A stretch of 64,000 nucleotides of DNA from Candidatus Cloacimonadales bacterium (GTDB taxonomy: Bacteria; Cloacimonadota; Cloacimonadia; Cloacimonadales; JAFGVF01), in contig CAXXOU010000002.1 in assembly GCA_963677495.2 (NCBI GenBank), positions 32,001 through 96,000 of the forward strand. Reading direction: 5' to 3'. The position numbers and the translations under genes are program-made. Below the pieces are notes generated by a model. The model was not told the origin of the DNA. It saw nothing but the letters and a program-made list of their open reading frames with translations, and made no database searches. Positions 9,749 to 19,450 of this stretch are shown here, one piece after another. Numbering within the stretch: position 1 is the stretch's first letter; every line of letters starts with the position of its first letter.

Positions 9749-10927
9749 ATGACTCTTGAAGAAATCACAATAAGTAATTATAAAACTTTTAGAAATGTCA
9801 CATTTACTAGTATTAGGAAAATGTGCGTGGTTGTAGGTGCAAATGGATGTGGTAAAACTACTTTCTTCGACGTCTTTGGTTTTTTGAAGGATGCTCTTTT
9901 ATATAATGTAACTATAGCATTAAATAAAAGGGGAGGTTTCAAAGAAGTTGTAAGTAGAGGGTATGAAAATGAAAACATATCTTTTGAGATTAAGTTTAGA
10001 AGTACTGAAAATAGATTAGTAACATACAAGTTGGAAATAGCATTAGCAAATGATGTAGTTACAGTAGCTAGAGAAGTGTTAAGATTTAGACGGGGCTCGA
10101 GAGGTAAACCTTGGCATTTCTTGGACTTTAGTAATGGTACTGGTACTGCTATCACAAATGAAGATGAGTATGATAGAGCAGACACTACAGAAATGAAAAG
10201 AGAACAACACACACTAGATTCTGCAGATATTCTTGCAATTAAAGGAATTGGTCAGTTTTCTAAGTTCAAAATAGTTTCAATGTTTAGAAAGACTATAGAA
10301 CAGTGGCAAGTTTCAGACTTTCACATAACTGAAGCAAGGAAAATCCAAGATGAAGGGATAGCACAGCATTTATCAGAGCAAGGCGAAAATTTACCACAAG
10401 TAACAAAATATATTTATCAGAATTATCCAGATATTTTCGAGAATATTCTTCTTAAGATGTCTGAACGAGTTCCTGGAGTTACAAAAGTAGAAGCAAAATC
10501 AACAGAAGATGGTCGCATAGTCCTTCGATTCCAAGATGGTAACTTTAAGGATCCATTTTATGCAAAGTTTGTGTCTGATGGAACAATTAAAATGTTTGCT
10601 TATCTTATGCTGCTTTATGATCCAATACCACATAACTTACTTTGTGTAGAGGAACCTGAAAACCAGCTATATCCTCAATTAATGCTTGAATTAGCTGAAG
10701 AATTCAAACTATATGCCATGCGGGGTGGGCAAATTTTTGTGTCTACACATTCTCCTGATTTCTTGAATGGTGTGAACCTTGATGAGATATTTTGGCTAGA
10801 GAAAAGAGATGGATTTACGATTGTACATAAAGCATCAGAGTATAGGGAACTTCGTAATCTGGTAGATGTTGGGGATAAACCTGGTACTCTGTGGAAACAG
10901 AGATTGTTTATTGGGGCTAATCTATGA
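9749..10927 (+). CDS. ABC-type/AAA_21 (AbiEii-like) ATPase
   Basis: GANGCGKT Walker A, VSDGT signature, LLCVEEPEN Walker B, STHS; ATG 9749 after GGAGG; TTGACA at 9698. Confidence 0.85.
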   Translation: MTLEEITISNYKTFRNVTFTSIRKMCVVVGANGCGKTTFFDVFGFLKDALLYNVTIALNKRGGFKEVVSRGYENENISFEIKFRSTENRLVTYKLEIALANDVVTVAREVLRFRRGSRGKPWHFLDFSNGTGTAITNEDEYDRADTTEMKREQHTLDSADILAIKGIGQFSKFKIVSMFRKTIEQWQVSDFHITEARKIQDEGIAQHLSEQGENLPQVTKYIYQNYPDIFENILLKMSERVPGVTKVEAKSTEDGRIVLRFQDGNFKDPFYAKFVSDGTIKMFAYLMLLYDPIPHNLLCVEEPENQLYPQLMLELAEEFKLYAMRGGQIFVSTHSPDFLNGVNLDEIFWLEKRDGFTIVHKASEYRELRNLVDVGDKPGTLWKQRLFIGANL

Positions 10928-11481
10928 TAGTTTACATTTTTATGGTAGAGGAAGAATCAATAGAACCCTGTATCAAGAAAATGATTCAAGAACTTTCACC
11001 AAATATATCTTATAGAGTAATAATACATGATGGGAAGCAAGATTTAGAAAAATCAATACCAAGGAAATTACGAGCGTTTCAAAACTATGATGATGTTGAG
11101 TATAAATTTGTAATTCTTAGAGATCAAGATTCAAGTAATTGTATCGCATTAAAACAAAGACTTTACAAAATGTGCTGTGATGAAAACAAGAATGACTCAA
11201 TTGTAAGAATTGTTTGCAACAGTTTAGAAGGATGGTTTCTTGGAGATTTGGATGCTATAGCTCTTACATTTAATGTTAGAGTTCCTAGTCAGAAAAAAAA
11301 GAAGTTTCGGAATCCTGATATTATCACTAATCCGATCAAAGAAATTGAGACTATTACTTCTGAACATTACAGTAAAGTCTCAAATGCTCGTAAAATATCA
11401 CAAAATCTGGATTTAGAAAGAAATGTATCAAATAGTTTCAATGTGTTCAAGGAAACCATAGTTTCATTTAATAATGATTGA
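10924..11481 (+). CDS. DUF4276-like TOPRIM-fold protein partnering the ATPase
   Basis: ATGA overlap with the ATPase; FMVEEES, ILRDQD (DxD), LEGWFLGD, N.SNSF motifs. Confidence 0.75.
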   Translation: MIVYIFMVEEESIEPCIKKMIQELSPNISYRVIIHDGKQDLEKSIPRKLRAFQNYDDVEYKFVILRDQDSSNCIALKQRLYKMCCDENKNDSIVRIVCNSLEGWFLGDLDAIALTFNVRVPSQKKKKFRNPDIITNPIKEIETITSEHYSKVSNARKISQNLDLERNVSNSFNVFKETIVSFNND

Positions 11482-11494
11482 TTGGTAATAATGT

Positions 11495-11523
11495 AAAGCC
11501 TGCTGATTCCAGCAGGCTTTTTT
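11495..11523. terminator. Bidirectional terminator, copy 2 of the 29-bp duplicate
   Basis: Identical to 9653-9681; lies between convergent genes. Confidence 0.85.
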
Positions 11524-11536
11524 ATTGCAATGCAAT

Positions 11537-12355
11537 TTATCTAATAAACTCTTCCAGCTCGAGGGCTTGATCTGTGCTCTCATCTCTGTACTTAACAATC
11601 ACAGGACAATATATGTGATGTGCTGGATTATTCTTTAGTGGTCTGCTACCCGGCACAACAACTGCTCCTTCAGGTATTACGAGAGAACCATCAATCTTCT
11701 CGAGATAGCAATCATTCACAGAATCATATACAGGAGTAGATGAAGAGATGATTGTACCGGGAGCGAGTACAGCTTCCTTCTTAACAATAACACCTTCATA
11801 AAGTCCGGATTGTCCACCTAAGAAAACGTTATCTTCAATAATAACAGGTTTACTTCCAATTGGTTCTATCACTCCACCAATCTGAACACCTGCTGAAATA
11901 TGGCAATGTTTACCAACTTGGGCACAACTACCAACGAGGGCATGAGAATCAATCAATGTTCCCTCATCTACATATGCGCCAACGTTAACATATGCAGGCG
12001 GCATTATAATCACGCTATGAGCAATATAAGCTCCATCACGTACTGATGAACCACCAGGCACAAGACGCACATGACTATCTAGGTTAAACTGTTTTGGTGG
12101 GTATGTATTCTTATCCCAGAAACTGTGGCCGTTTTGAAGTGGGTACTCGGTGATAGCACCAATCTGGAAACCGAGTAAGATACCTTTCTTTACCCATTCA
12201 TTAACCTTCCAGCAGTTCTCCACATATTCAGCAGAGCGGATAAGACCACTATTAAGTCTGAACTTAAACTCATTAAAAATGTTAAGCTTTTCTTCGTAGT
12301 ATTCCGAATTGTCCGCTTTATCATAAAGGTCGATAATCTTCTTTTGTAAATCCAT
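11537..12355 (-). CDS. dapD: Tetrahydrodipicolinate N-succinyltransferase
   Basis: [41 protein letters not shown] hexapeptide repeats. Confidence 0.93.
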   Translation of the reverse strand: MDLQKKIIDLYDKADNSEYYEEKLNIFNEFKFRLNSGLIRSAEYVENCWKVNEWVKKGILLGFQIGAITEYPLQNGHSFWDKNTYPPKQFNLDSHVRLVPGGSSVRDGAYIAHSVIIMPPAYVNVGAYVDEGTLIDSHALVGSCAQVGKHCHISAGVQIGGVIEPIGSKPVIIEDNVFLGGQSGLYEGVIVKKEAVLAPGTIISSSTPVYDSVNDCYLEKIDGSLVIPEGAVVVPGSRPLKNNPAHHIYCPVIVKYRDESTDQALELEEFIR

Positions 12356-12365
12356 TATAGCCTCC

Positions 12366-13529
12366 CTAAAGTTCTTTTATGGCTTTTACCATCTTATCTA
12401 ATGCTAACTCTAATCTATTTTTTGGCAAGGCAAAATTTAGTCTCATGTAACCTTCACCAGATGGGCCGAACTCTGAACCCGGGCTTAAGGCAATGTTTGC
12501 CTCTTTCAGGAAGTAATCATTCAGCTCTTTACTTGTCTTGCCTGTGAATCTCAAATCAACCCAAGCAAGATAGGTTGCTTCTTGCTGTGCAACCTTTAGC
12601 TCAGGATGTATACCCTTAAGTTTTTCAACGACTAAGTTCAAGTTTTCACGTAAATAATCTTTTAACTCTTCCAACCAAGCTTCTCCATGATTATAAGCTG
12701 CTTCAAGAGCAACCATACCAAACGTATTAGCTGAGAACATATGAAGTTTAAACATATAAGCCTTTAGCTGTTTGCTAATTTTCTCATTAGGAATAATCAA
12801 AGCAGATGACATCAAACCTGGGATATTGAAGGTTTTACTTGGAGCAATACCTGTTATAGTGAATTCACTGAAATCTTCTAAAGTAGCAATCGGGATATGT
12901 TTTCTTTCTGAGAGAATCAAATCGTTGTGGATTTCATCACTAAACAAAAGTACGTTATGTTTCTTACAGAGTCTACCGAGTTTGAGAAGTTCCTCTTCTG
13001 TCCACATTCTACCAACCGGGTTATGAGGACTGCAGAATATGAACATCTTAATACCTTCAAGCTCTTTATCAAGTGCATCAAAGTCCATTTCCCAACTTCC
13101 ATTATTGTTGATTAGTTCATTAACAACAAGTTCTCTTTTATGGTCTAACACTGTATGTCTGAATGGACTGTAAACCGGTTCTTGAATCAGCACTTTGTCT
13201 CCTGGTTTAGTGAACTCTAAGAGCACGAAGTTTATCCCGGGAACGATACCGGGACTGTTTGTAATCCAATCTTTCTGAATCTTCCAGCCATGTCGTCTAT
13301 CCACCCAATTGATGATAGATTGGTAGTAACTATCAGGTCTGAAGTTATAGCCGTAAACCGGATGCTTCAGTCTCTCTTCCATGGCTTTAGTAATTTCCGG
13401 CGCAATCGCGAAGTCCATATCAGCTACCCAAAGTGGGATAATGTCATCTTTCTTGTAAAACATGCTAAGAGCATCATATTTATAACAACCTGTGCCATTA
13501 CGGTCATACAGTTTATCAAAATCGTACAT
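12366..13529 (-). CDS. patB: PLP-dependent MalY/PatB-family C-S lyase/aminotransferase
   Basis: [30 protein letters not shown]. Confidence 0.85.
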   Translation of the reverse strand: MYDFDKLYDRNGTGCYKYDALSMFYKKDDIIPLWVADMDFAIAPEITKAMEERLKHPVYGYNFRPDSYYQSIINWVDRRHGWKIQKDWITNSPGIVPGINFVLLEFTKPGDKVLIQEPVYSPFRHTVLDHKRELVVNELINNNGSWEMDFDALDKELEGIKMFIFCSPHNPVGRMWTEEELLKLGRLCKKHNVLLFSDEIHNDLILSERKHIPIATLEDFSEFTITGIAPSKTFNIPGLMSSALIIPNEKISKQLKAYMFKLHMFSANTFGMVALEAAYNHGEAWLEELKDYLRENLNLVVEKLKGIHPELKVAQQEATYLAWVDLRFTGKTSKELNDYFLKEANIALSPGSEFGPSGEGYMRLNFALPKNRLELALDKMVKAIKEL

Positions 13530-13610
13530 AAATGGTTTCCTTTATATATTGTTTTCTTTAGCTACGTAAGTGATTCTCAAACGTCAATAAAAATATAAAC
13601 TATTCTCTTA

Positions 13611-13694
13611 CTGCTCCCATTCAACCCTCGGGAATGTGACGCGACTTGCTCGGGATTTTCATGGGAATTTCTCGGGCAAAGCCCCGAGTGATTC
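13611..13694 (-). repeat. 11-bp-periodic array, CGGG subfamily, one arm truncated
   Basis: CGGG/CGCG/CGGG/TGGG/CGGG at 13629, 13640, 13651, 13662, 13673; reverse complement carries the CGGGGCTTTGCCCGAG centre seen at 34242 and 49035. Confidence 0.85.
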
Positions 13695-13727
13695 TTATAT
13701 TGACTGAAGAATCAAACATCAGTCTGT

Positions 13728-13870
13728 CATTGCTCTGCTACAATCTTTAACACTTCCGAATGAGACTCCTATTGAAACCCTATTCAAATGTTGCGTGTGA
13801 ATAATAAGATTTGGATATGTTTTTGAAAGGGTAGAGATTGGTTTAGATTGATAATTATGGCAGTGCAATG
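13728..13870. repeat. Palindromic element with TGCTCTGC termini (CTATT subfamily)
   Basis: Ends CATTGCTCTGCTACAAT / ATTATGGCAGTGCAATG; homologous in inverted orientation to 19579-19721. Confidence 0.7.
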
Positions 13871-13887
13871 AGGATGAGATGAGGTGT

Positions 13888-14310
13888 AAGGGTTCAACAA
13901 CTTGAACCCTTGTTTGATGACAATAATATCCGATAAACCAAGCATAATAAAGTACACATATGGAGACACCTTAGGGCTCAAAATGTTGAGCCCCTACGAT
14001 AGAATGGCAAAGATTCTACCTTGATAATGGTCGCAGACCTTCTCAATGGTGCTCTTGGAAGAAGTGAATCGCAACGAAGTGTGATTCGCTAATTCCTGTA
14101 TTCGAAGCCTGATTCGTTCTCGCACCACACTTCGTTGCGGTGCAAGTCTGAGATAGTTTCTTCGAAGTGCACCATTCGGAAGGATTCGCAAGCTCAACCA
14201 TTACGAAGGTACATCTTTTCGCACTTCCCCAAACTCCCGATGGTCGTACAAGTGATCGCTTCACTTCTCTTCATTCAGCTTCAGTCTTCGCTTAAAGCTA
14301 CGCCCAGATA
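13888..14310. repeat. Mosaic REP-like module cluster
   Basis: AGGGTTCAACAACTTGAACCCT, GGGCTCAAAAATGTTGAGCCCCTACG, GGAAGAAGTGAATCGCAA..GTGTGATTCGCTAATTCC (cf. 5705, 42898), TTCGTTCTCGCACCACACTTCGTTGCGGTGCAAGTC (cf. 6059). Confidence 0.8.
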
Positions 14311-14418
14311 ATTAAATTGTAAACTTCTGTGTATTGATTTAAAGTGCACTAATACAAGAAAAAGCTTTACTATTCTAAACAAAGTATTTTTAATTGCAAA
14401 AAATATTATTGGGGTAAT

Positions 14419-16308
14419 ATGAAAAGAGCGATTGTAGTATTGGGGTTACTGTTGATTGCGATATCATTATACTGTTGGAACAAAACAGGGGAGAAGGAAG
14501 CAATCCTACATCTTTTTGAGAATAGTGAAAATCAAGAGAATTTATTAAACATTTTAGAATTTTCATCAACTGCTGATGAGTATTTTCAAAAGACAGACTT
14601 ATTGATTCCTGAGGTTTTGAAAAAGAAAGAATATAGAAGAGCATTAAGCCTTCATTTAGTCAGTTATGCTCATCATCGTAATAGCAAATCTCCTTCTGTT
14701 GTGGATAGCTTAGCAAAAGAGATAGTAAATCTATATGAAGCTAACAAACTCAATCCTAAAGAGTTCGAGATTCTAACTAAAATGGGTCAAGTCTATAACG
14801 ATCTTGAGATGATAGATAAAGCATACGAATGTTATATTAAAGGAATTCAGAACTTTGTTGTAGGATATGACTCACAAGATTTATTGCAGACTACCCATTC
14901 GAGAACAGGATATTTAGCAAGATTGTTAGGTGATTTAGATAGTGCTGAAAACCATGCAAAGATAGCCATTGATTTAGCAAAAAAAGATAATAATGTTGCT
15001 AAACTAGGCTATGAATACAATAACTTGGGTAATGTTTATCTAGATAGAAAGAATATGGATAAAGCCTTAGAGTACTACCAAAAGTCATTAAGATATAAAA
15101 TTGAAACCGGAGACAAGAGAAGAATTGGTGGTGCATATAACAATATAGCGTTGATTCAATATGAAAGAGGTGACAAAAAGGGTTGTTTAGAGAACTTAAA
15201 ACTTGCTGTTTCATATTATGAGGCTACCGATAATGAGACAGAAGCCTTAATCACGAGTTATCAGAACATATGTCAAGTTTATCACGAAACTGGTGATAAT
15301 AAAAGAGCTATTTACTATGGAAGATTGGCTATTAAGAAGGCTAATGAAAGCAAGCTGCCTATTAGTGAATCATGGTCTGTTTATACACTTGAAGAGGTTT
15401 ATAGAAATATTGGTGATTACAAAGAAGCCTACAAACTTTCCAAAAGACATCGAACAATTAAAGACTCTTTGTTCAAGGCTGAAATGACTAGGAACATAGC
15501 AGAGATGAAGGCAGAATTTAACCTTTTCGAAGCTGAGAAGAAGCAAGAACTGCAGGCTATCCGGATAAAACGGCAACATATAATGATTATTGGAGCTTTC
15601 ACTATTATGATAGGTCTGATTATTATAATTTACCAGAACATTCGCAACTCGAAAAATCAGCAGAGATCAATGCAGGTTATAAAAAAAGAGCAACAAAACT
15701 CAGAAGCCCTATTGGCAAATGTTTTACCTGATTCAATAATCAAAGAGATTAAGACTAAAGGAGAAGCAAGTCCGCGTTTATATGAAAATGTTGCAGTTTT
15801 AAATATAGATATTGTTGGGTTTACTAAACTAGCTGATACTCAAGATCCAGACAAGTTGTTTAGCAAAGTAAACAAAGTTTTTACTGTGTTTGATGATATA
15901 GCACTTAAACATGGCTGTCAAAGGATCAAAACATCCGGTGATGCGTACTTGGCGGTGTCAGGTATGTTTAGTCATGACCCGGATTACATTCAAAATATAT
16001 TCAATGCTGCGGTAGAGATATTGAGTCATATGAATAGTGATTGTAAAGATATGCAATTCAGAGCTGGTATAGCTTGTGGGAGGATAGTTGGGGCAGTCGT
16101 TGGAACCAAAAACTTCATTTATGATATTTTTGGAGCAACAGTCAATACAGCTTTTAGATTGCAACAAGGAGCTGAGCCGGGAACAATATTAATCGATGAG
16201 AAAATTGCATTAGCGATAGACAGAGAGAACCTTGAACTTAAGGATATAGAATTAGTTATAAAGGATAAAAAGTATCAGGCAAAATGGGTGCAGTTAAATA
16301 AAAATTGA
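14419..16308 (+). CDS. Membrane-anchored TPR-sensor class III adenylate/guanylate cyclase
   Basis: N-terminal signal, TPR repeats, TM helix, DIVGFT, IKTSGDAY, YDIFGATVNTAFRL. Confidence 0.88.
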   Translation: MKRAIVVLGLLLIAISLYCWNKTGEKEAILHLFENSENQENLLNILEFSSTADEYFQKTDLLIPEVLKKKEYRRALSLHLVSYAHHRNSKSPSVVDSLAKEIVNLYEANKLNPKEFEILTKMGQVYNDLEMIDKAYECYIKGIQNFVVGYDSQDLLQTTHSRTGYLARLLGDLDSAENHAKIAIDLAKKDNNVAKLGYEYNNLGNVYLDRKNMDKALEYYQKSLRYKIETGDKRRIGGAYNNIALIQYERGDKKGCLENLKLAVSYYEATDNETEALITSYQNICQVYHETGDNKRAIYYGRLAIKKANESKLPISESWSVYTLEEVYRNIGDYKEAYKLSKRHRTIKDSLFKAEMTRNIAEMKAEFNLFEAEKKQELQAIRIKRQHIMIIGAFTIMIGLIIIIYQNIRNSKNQQRSMQVIKKEQQNSEALLANVLPDSIIKEIKTKGEASPRLYENVAVLNIDIVGFTKLADTQDPDKLFSKVNKVFTVFDDIALKHGCQRIKTSGDAYLAVSGMFSHDPDYIQNIFNAAVEILSHMNSDCKDMQFRAGIACGRIVGAVVGTKNFIYDIFGATVNTAFRLQQGAEPGTILIDEKIALAIDRENLELKDIELVIKDKKYQAKWVQLNKN

Positions 16309-16427
16309 CAAACATAATCCCCATATGAATGATTGAAGAGAAAAAGCATTATTTTTCTTTGGTATTCTTAAGAACATGCTTAGTATATTCAAGTGAAAAG
16401 AACATGAATATAAATAAAGGAGATAAA

Positions 16428-16802
16428 ATGGAAAGTAAACAAGTTTATTATTGCCCGGTTTGTGGGAATGTAATTGAAGTCTTACATCCTGGAGCTCCTG
16501 CACTAGTTTGTTGTGGGCAGGATATGGAATTGTTAGAAGAGAAAACAGCTGATTTTGTTAACGAAAAGCATGTGCCAATAGTAGAAGAAGTAGATGGAGG
16601 CGTGTTAGTAAAAGTTGGTTCAACAAAGCATCCTATGGTTGATGATCACTACATTGCATTTATCCAAATTGTTACAAAAGACACTGTTATGCGTGTTGAA
16701 TTGAAACCTGGCGATGAGCCTGAAGCATTCTTCCCAGTAAAGAAAGAAGATGTACTCTACGCTCGCGAATGGTGTAATAAGCACGGGCTTTGGAAAGGCT
16801 AA
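16428..16802 (+). CDS. dfx: Desulfoferrodoxin / superoxide reductase
   Basis: CPVCGN..CCG centre I; EKHVP, HPM..DHYI, CNKHGLW centre II; ATG 16428 after GGAG. Confidence 0.93.
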   Translation: MESKQVYYCPVCGNVIEVLHPGAPALVCCGQDMELLEEKTADFVNEKHVPIVEEVDGGVLVKVGSTKHPMVDDHYIAFIQIVTKDTVMRVELKPGDEPEAFFPVKKEDVLYAREWCNKHGLWKG

Positions 16803-16804
16803 AA

Positions 16805-16987
16805 ATGGCAGATGTTAAAGATAAAGTTTTAGAGATATTCAAGAATGCAGCAGAACCGATGAAAGCCGGAGAAGTTGCAGAAAAGGGTAACTTGGATTCT
16901 AAAGAAGTATCAAAAGAGATTACTAAACTAAAGAAAGAGGGATTACTAGAATCCCCCAAAAGATGTTATTATCAAATAAAAAAATAA
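16805..16987 (+). CDS. Small winged-HTH protein with SPKRCY motif
   Basis: PMKAGEVAE...KEVSKEITKLKKEG...SPKRCYY; in-operon spacing. Confidence 0.75.
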   Translation: MADVKDKVLEIFKNAAEPMKAGEVAEKGNLDSKEVSKEITKLKKEGLLESPKRCYYQIKK

Positions 16988-17001
16988 TGTGAGGAGATAG
17001 A

Positions 17002-17580
17002 ATGAAAGGCACTAAAACCGCAGAAAATCTTATGAAAGCTTTTGCCGGAGAATCACAGGCAAGAAATCGTTATATGTTTGCAGCAAAAACAGCAAAGAAA
17101 GAGGGATTTGAAGAGATCTCTGCTATCTTTAAAGAAACTGCAGAAAATGAACAGGAACATGCCAAGTTATTCCTTAAACATTTATTAAAGCATGGAATGG
17201 AAGGCGAAGGTGTTGAAATTACAGCGATGTATCCTGCTGCCTGGGCAAAAACCAGTACTTTAAAGAATCTTGAGTATGCAGCAAATGGTGAGAACGAAGA
17301 GTGGACTGAGCTTTATCCTGAATTTGCAAAGATTGCTGAAGAGGAAGGATTCAAAGATGTAGCTGTAGCCTTCAAAATGGTTGCTCTTGTAGAAAAAGAC
17401 CATGAAGAACGTTATCGTCGTCTTCATAAATTTGTCCAAGATAATGAAGTTTTCAAACGTGATGGAAAAGTTTTCTGGAAATGCCGTAACTGTGGTTATA
17501 TTACAGAATCAATGGAAGCACCAACAGTTTGTCCTGTTTGTGATCACCCTCAATCTTATTTTGAAGTAACATATAAATAG
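17002..17580 (+). CDS. rbr: Rubrerythrin
   Basis: [30 protein letters not shown]...CPVC. Confidence 0.95.
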   Translation: MKGTKTAENLMKAFAGESQARNRYMFAAKTAKKEGFEEISAIFKETAENEQEHAKLFLKHLLKHGMEGEGVEITAMYPAAWAKTSTLKNLEYAANGENEEWTELYPEFAKIAEEEGFKDVAVAFKMVALVEKDHEERYRRLHKFVQDNEVFKRDGKVFWKCRNCGYITESMEAPTVCPVCDHPQSYFEVTYK

Positions 17581-17600
17581 TAAATAACATAGGAGGAAAC

Positions 17601-17741
17601 ATGCAAAAATATCAATGTCTCGCTTGTGGATGGATCTATGATCCCGCTGAAAATGACAATGTAACATTTGAAGACTTACCAGAAGATTGGGTTTGCCCAG
17701 ATTGTGGTGTCGGCAAAGATATGTTCGAACCAGTAGACTAA
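17601..17741 (+). CDS. Rubredoxin (46 aa, below ORF-track cutoff)
   Basis: Manual translation [55 protein letters not shown]. Confidence 0.95.
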   Translation: MQKYQCLACGWIYDPAENDNVTFEDLPEDWVCPDCGVGKDMFEPVD

Positions 17742-17752
17742 ATTATAGTAAT

Positions 17753-17784
17753 GGGCTGTACGATAAGTACAGCCCTTTCTTTTT
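17753..17784 (+). terminator. Rho-independent terminator after rubredoxin
   Basis: GGGCTGTAC-gataa-GTACAGCCC-TTTCTTTTT. Confidence 0.75.
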
Positions 17785-17805
17785 AAACTTATTTCAGGAG
17801 GATTA

Positions 17806-18252
17806 ATGCAAGCCAATTCAGATGTATTTGATATCATGATTGATAAAGAGCAGGAAGCAGTAGCTTTCTATACTGCCATGTTAGAACAGGCAAAATTCGA
17901 AGCTTTCAAAGATACTATTAGGGAATTTATCAAAATGGAAGAGAACCATGTTAAAATTATAGAAGACTTTAAAGAACATGGTTTCAAAGACAGACAAATG
18001 AAAGACTTTAAATCTCTTGGGTTAAGTTCTGAAACTGATGAAGCAAAACCTATTGATGCTACATCTTATGAGTCAATTCTGCATCAAGCAATCCAAAGAG
18101 AAGAAGCTGCTTTTCAGTTATATACTCAATTACAAAATGATATGCAGGGAACTGAATATGAGTCCATATTTGCAACAATGGCGAAAGAGGAAAAGAGTCA
18201 TAAATATTACTTTGAAAAACTCTATGATGAGCATATTCTAAAGGACAATTAG
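17806..18252 (+). CDS. Ferritin-like (rubrerythrin diiron domain) protein
   Basis: E..A..FY, MEENH, REEAA..LY, EEKSH diiron motifs. Confidence 0.85.
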   Translation: MQANSDVFDIMIDKEQEAVAFYTAMLEQAKFEAFKDTIREFIKMEENHVKIIEDFKEHGFKDRQMKDFKSLGLSSETDEAKPIDATSYESILHQAIQREEAAFQLYTQLQNDMQGTEYESIFATMAKEEKSHKYYFEKLYDEHILKDN

Positions 18253-18265
18253 TTCAAAAATTTAT

Positions 18266-18295
18266 AAGCCTGATGTTTTGCATCAGGCTTTCTTT
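18266..18295. terminator. Bidirectional terminator
   Basis: AAGCCTGATG-tttt-g-CATCAGGCTT between convergent genes. Confidence 0.7.
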
Positions 18296-18740
18296 AATCT
18301 TCTAAAACACTAAACGGGTTCTGTGAATTCTCCTGCAATTGCTTAGTTGCTTTGGAAGGCCCTGATTTATCTATTCTAAATGCTCTCGGATTATCAATGA
18401 ATCCACATTTTTTATAGAATGCTTCGTTCCCTTCCGTTGATGTCAGAAAGAAATATGTCCCTTCAAATTCATCTTTTATCAGTTCCAGCATCGCTCGTGC
18501 GATACCTTTCTTCTGATATTTAGGAGATACAATTACATCAAAGATATTTGTGTAATAGTATTTATCAGATATAGCCCTAGCGAAGCCAACAAGTTTTTTA
18601 CCATCTCTAGCCGTGATATAATATGAGTTTTCAAATGCTTGGATTATATCAATGCCCGATTTATTCCAACCAACACTTTTAAAAAGTGCAATTATCTCTT
18701 CTGCATCAATCACTGAGTTAATCGAATATGTTATTGTCAT
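18294..18740 (-). CDS. GNAT-family N-acetyltransferase
   Basis: LVGFARAISD, DVIVSPKYQKKGIA, AFYKKCGF. Confidence 0.85.
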   Translation of the reverse strand: MTITYSINSVIDAEEIIALFKSVGWNKSGIDIIQAFENSYYITARDGKKLVGFARAISDKYYYTNIFDVIVSPKYQKKGIARAMLELIKDEFEGTYFFLTSTEGNEAFYKKCGFIDNPRAFRIDKSGPSKATKQLQENSQNPFSVLED

Positions 18741-18850
18741 GGTTCCTCCATATTGCTTTGGAATATCTAAACAAACCTATGAAATATGTCAACAACTGTT
18801 CAGCTCTATCTGTTCATGGACTTAGTGGACAGGAGTTGACTGAGTGATTG

Positions 18851-18990
18851 ATTGCTCTCTGCTACTAGTTATTACTCTTGTATCTTATCATCATCTGAAA
18901 CTAATCCGATTCCCATCTCCCGTAACGTGTTTCTAACGGGGAGCTAACGGGAAGCTAACGGGTATCTAATTGGAATTATGGCAGAGAAAT
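18851..18990. repeat. 11-bp-periodic array element, CTAACGGG core
   Basis: GTAACGTG/CTAACGGG x3/CTAATTGG at 18922, 18933, 18944, 18955, 18966; ends ATTGCTCTCTGC / GCAGAGAAAT. Confidence 0.8.
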
Positions 18991-19051
18991 TCATCGGCGT
19001 TGTACCGTTTAAACGGCGGGGTGTTTTTTTAGAATATACTCTAATTACTCA

Positions 19052-19123
19052 AACCACGAAATGCACAAAAACACACGAAAAGGGATTACATTATTTTAGT
19101 GCTCTTTCGAGTGTTTCGTGGTT
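19052..19123. repeat. Inverted AACCACGAAA/ACACGAAA short-repeat element
   Basis: AACCACGAAATGCACAAAAACACACGAAA ... TTTCGAGTGTTTCGTGGTT. Confidence 0.65.
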
Positions 19124-19140
19124 AATAAGTCCTGAGAATT

Positions 19141-19450
19141 GCAGTACAATCGTAGTGCAAGTGTCCCCACTTGCACATAGCTCGATAGAGCTATAACCGG
19201 GAAGCCAATCGTGATCTGGAACTAGTATTGACCTGAATAATCATAGACTAAGTTCTACGTTCGAACGTATGATTTCCAAGTTCCGGTCAGTGGAAGCTGT
19301 CGACTTTGTCGGCACAGCAACTCGGGAGAGTCGCAGTACAATCGTAGTGCAAGTGTCCCCACTTGCACATAGCTCGATAGAGCTATAACCGGGAAAACAA
19401 TCGAGTTCAGAAACTAGTATTGACATGTATAATTAAAAGCTAAGTCTATG
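19141..19450. repeat. Direct repeat with 192-bp period containing the GTAGTGCAAGTGTCCCCACTTGCAC REP
   Basis: 63 identical bp at 19141-19203 and 19333-19395, then degenerate similarity; same REP inverted at ~2952-2980. Confidence 0.85.

Noticed and set aside
16345..16385. PerR/Fur box upstream of the superoxide reductase
   Set aside because: Only a short TTCTTAAGAA palindrome; poor match to Fur/PerR consensus in AT-rich DNA.
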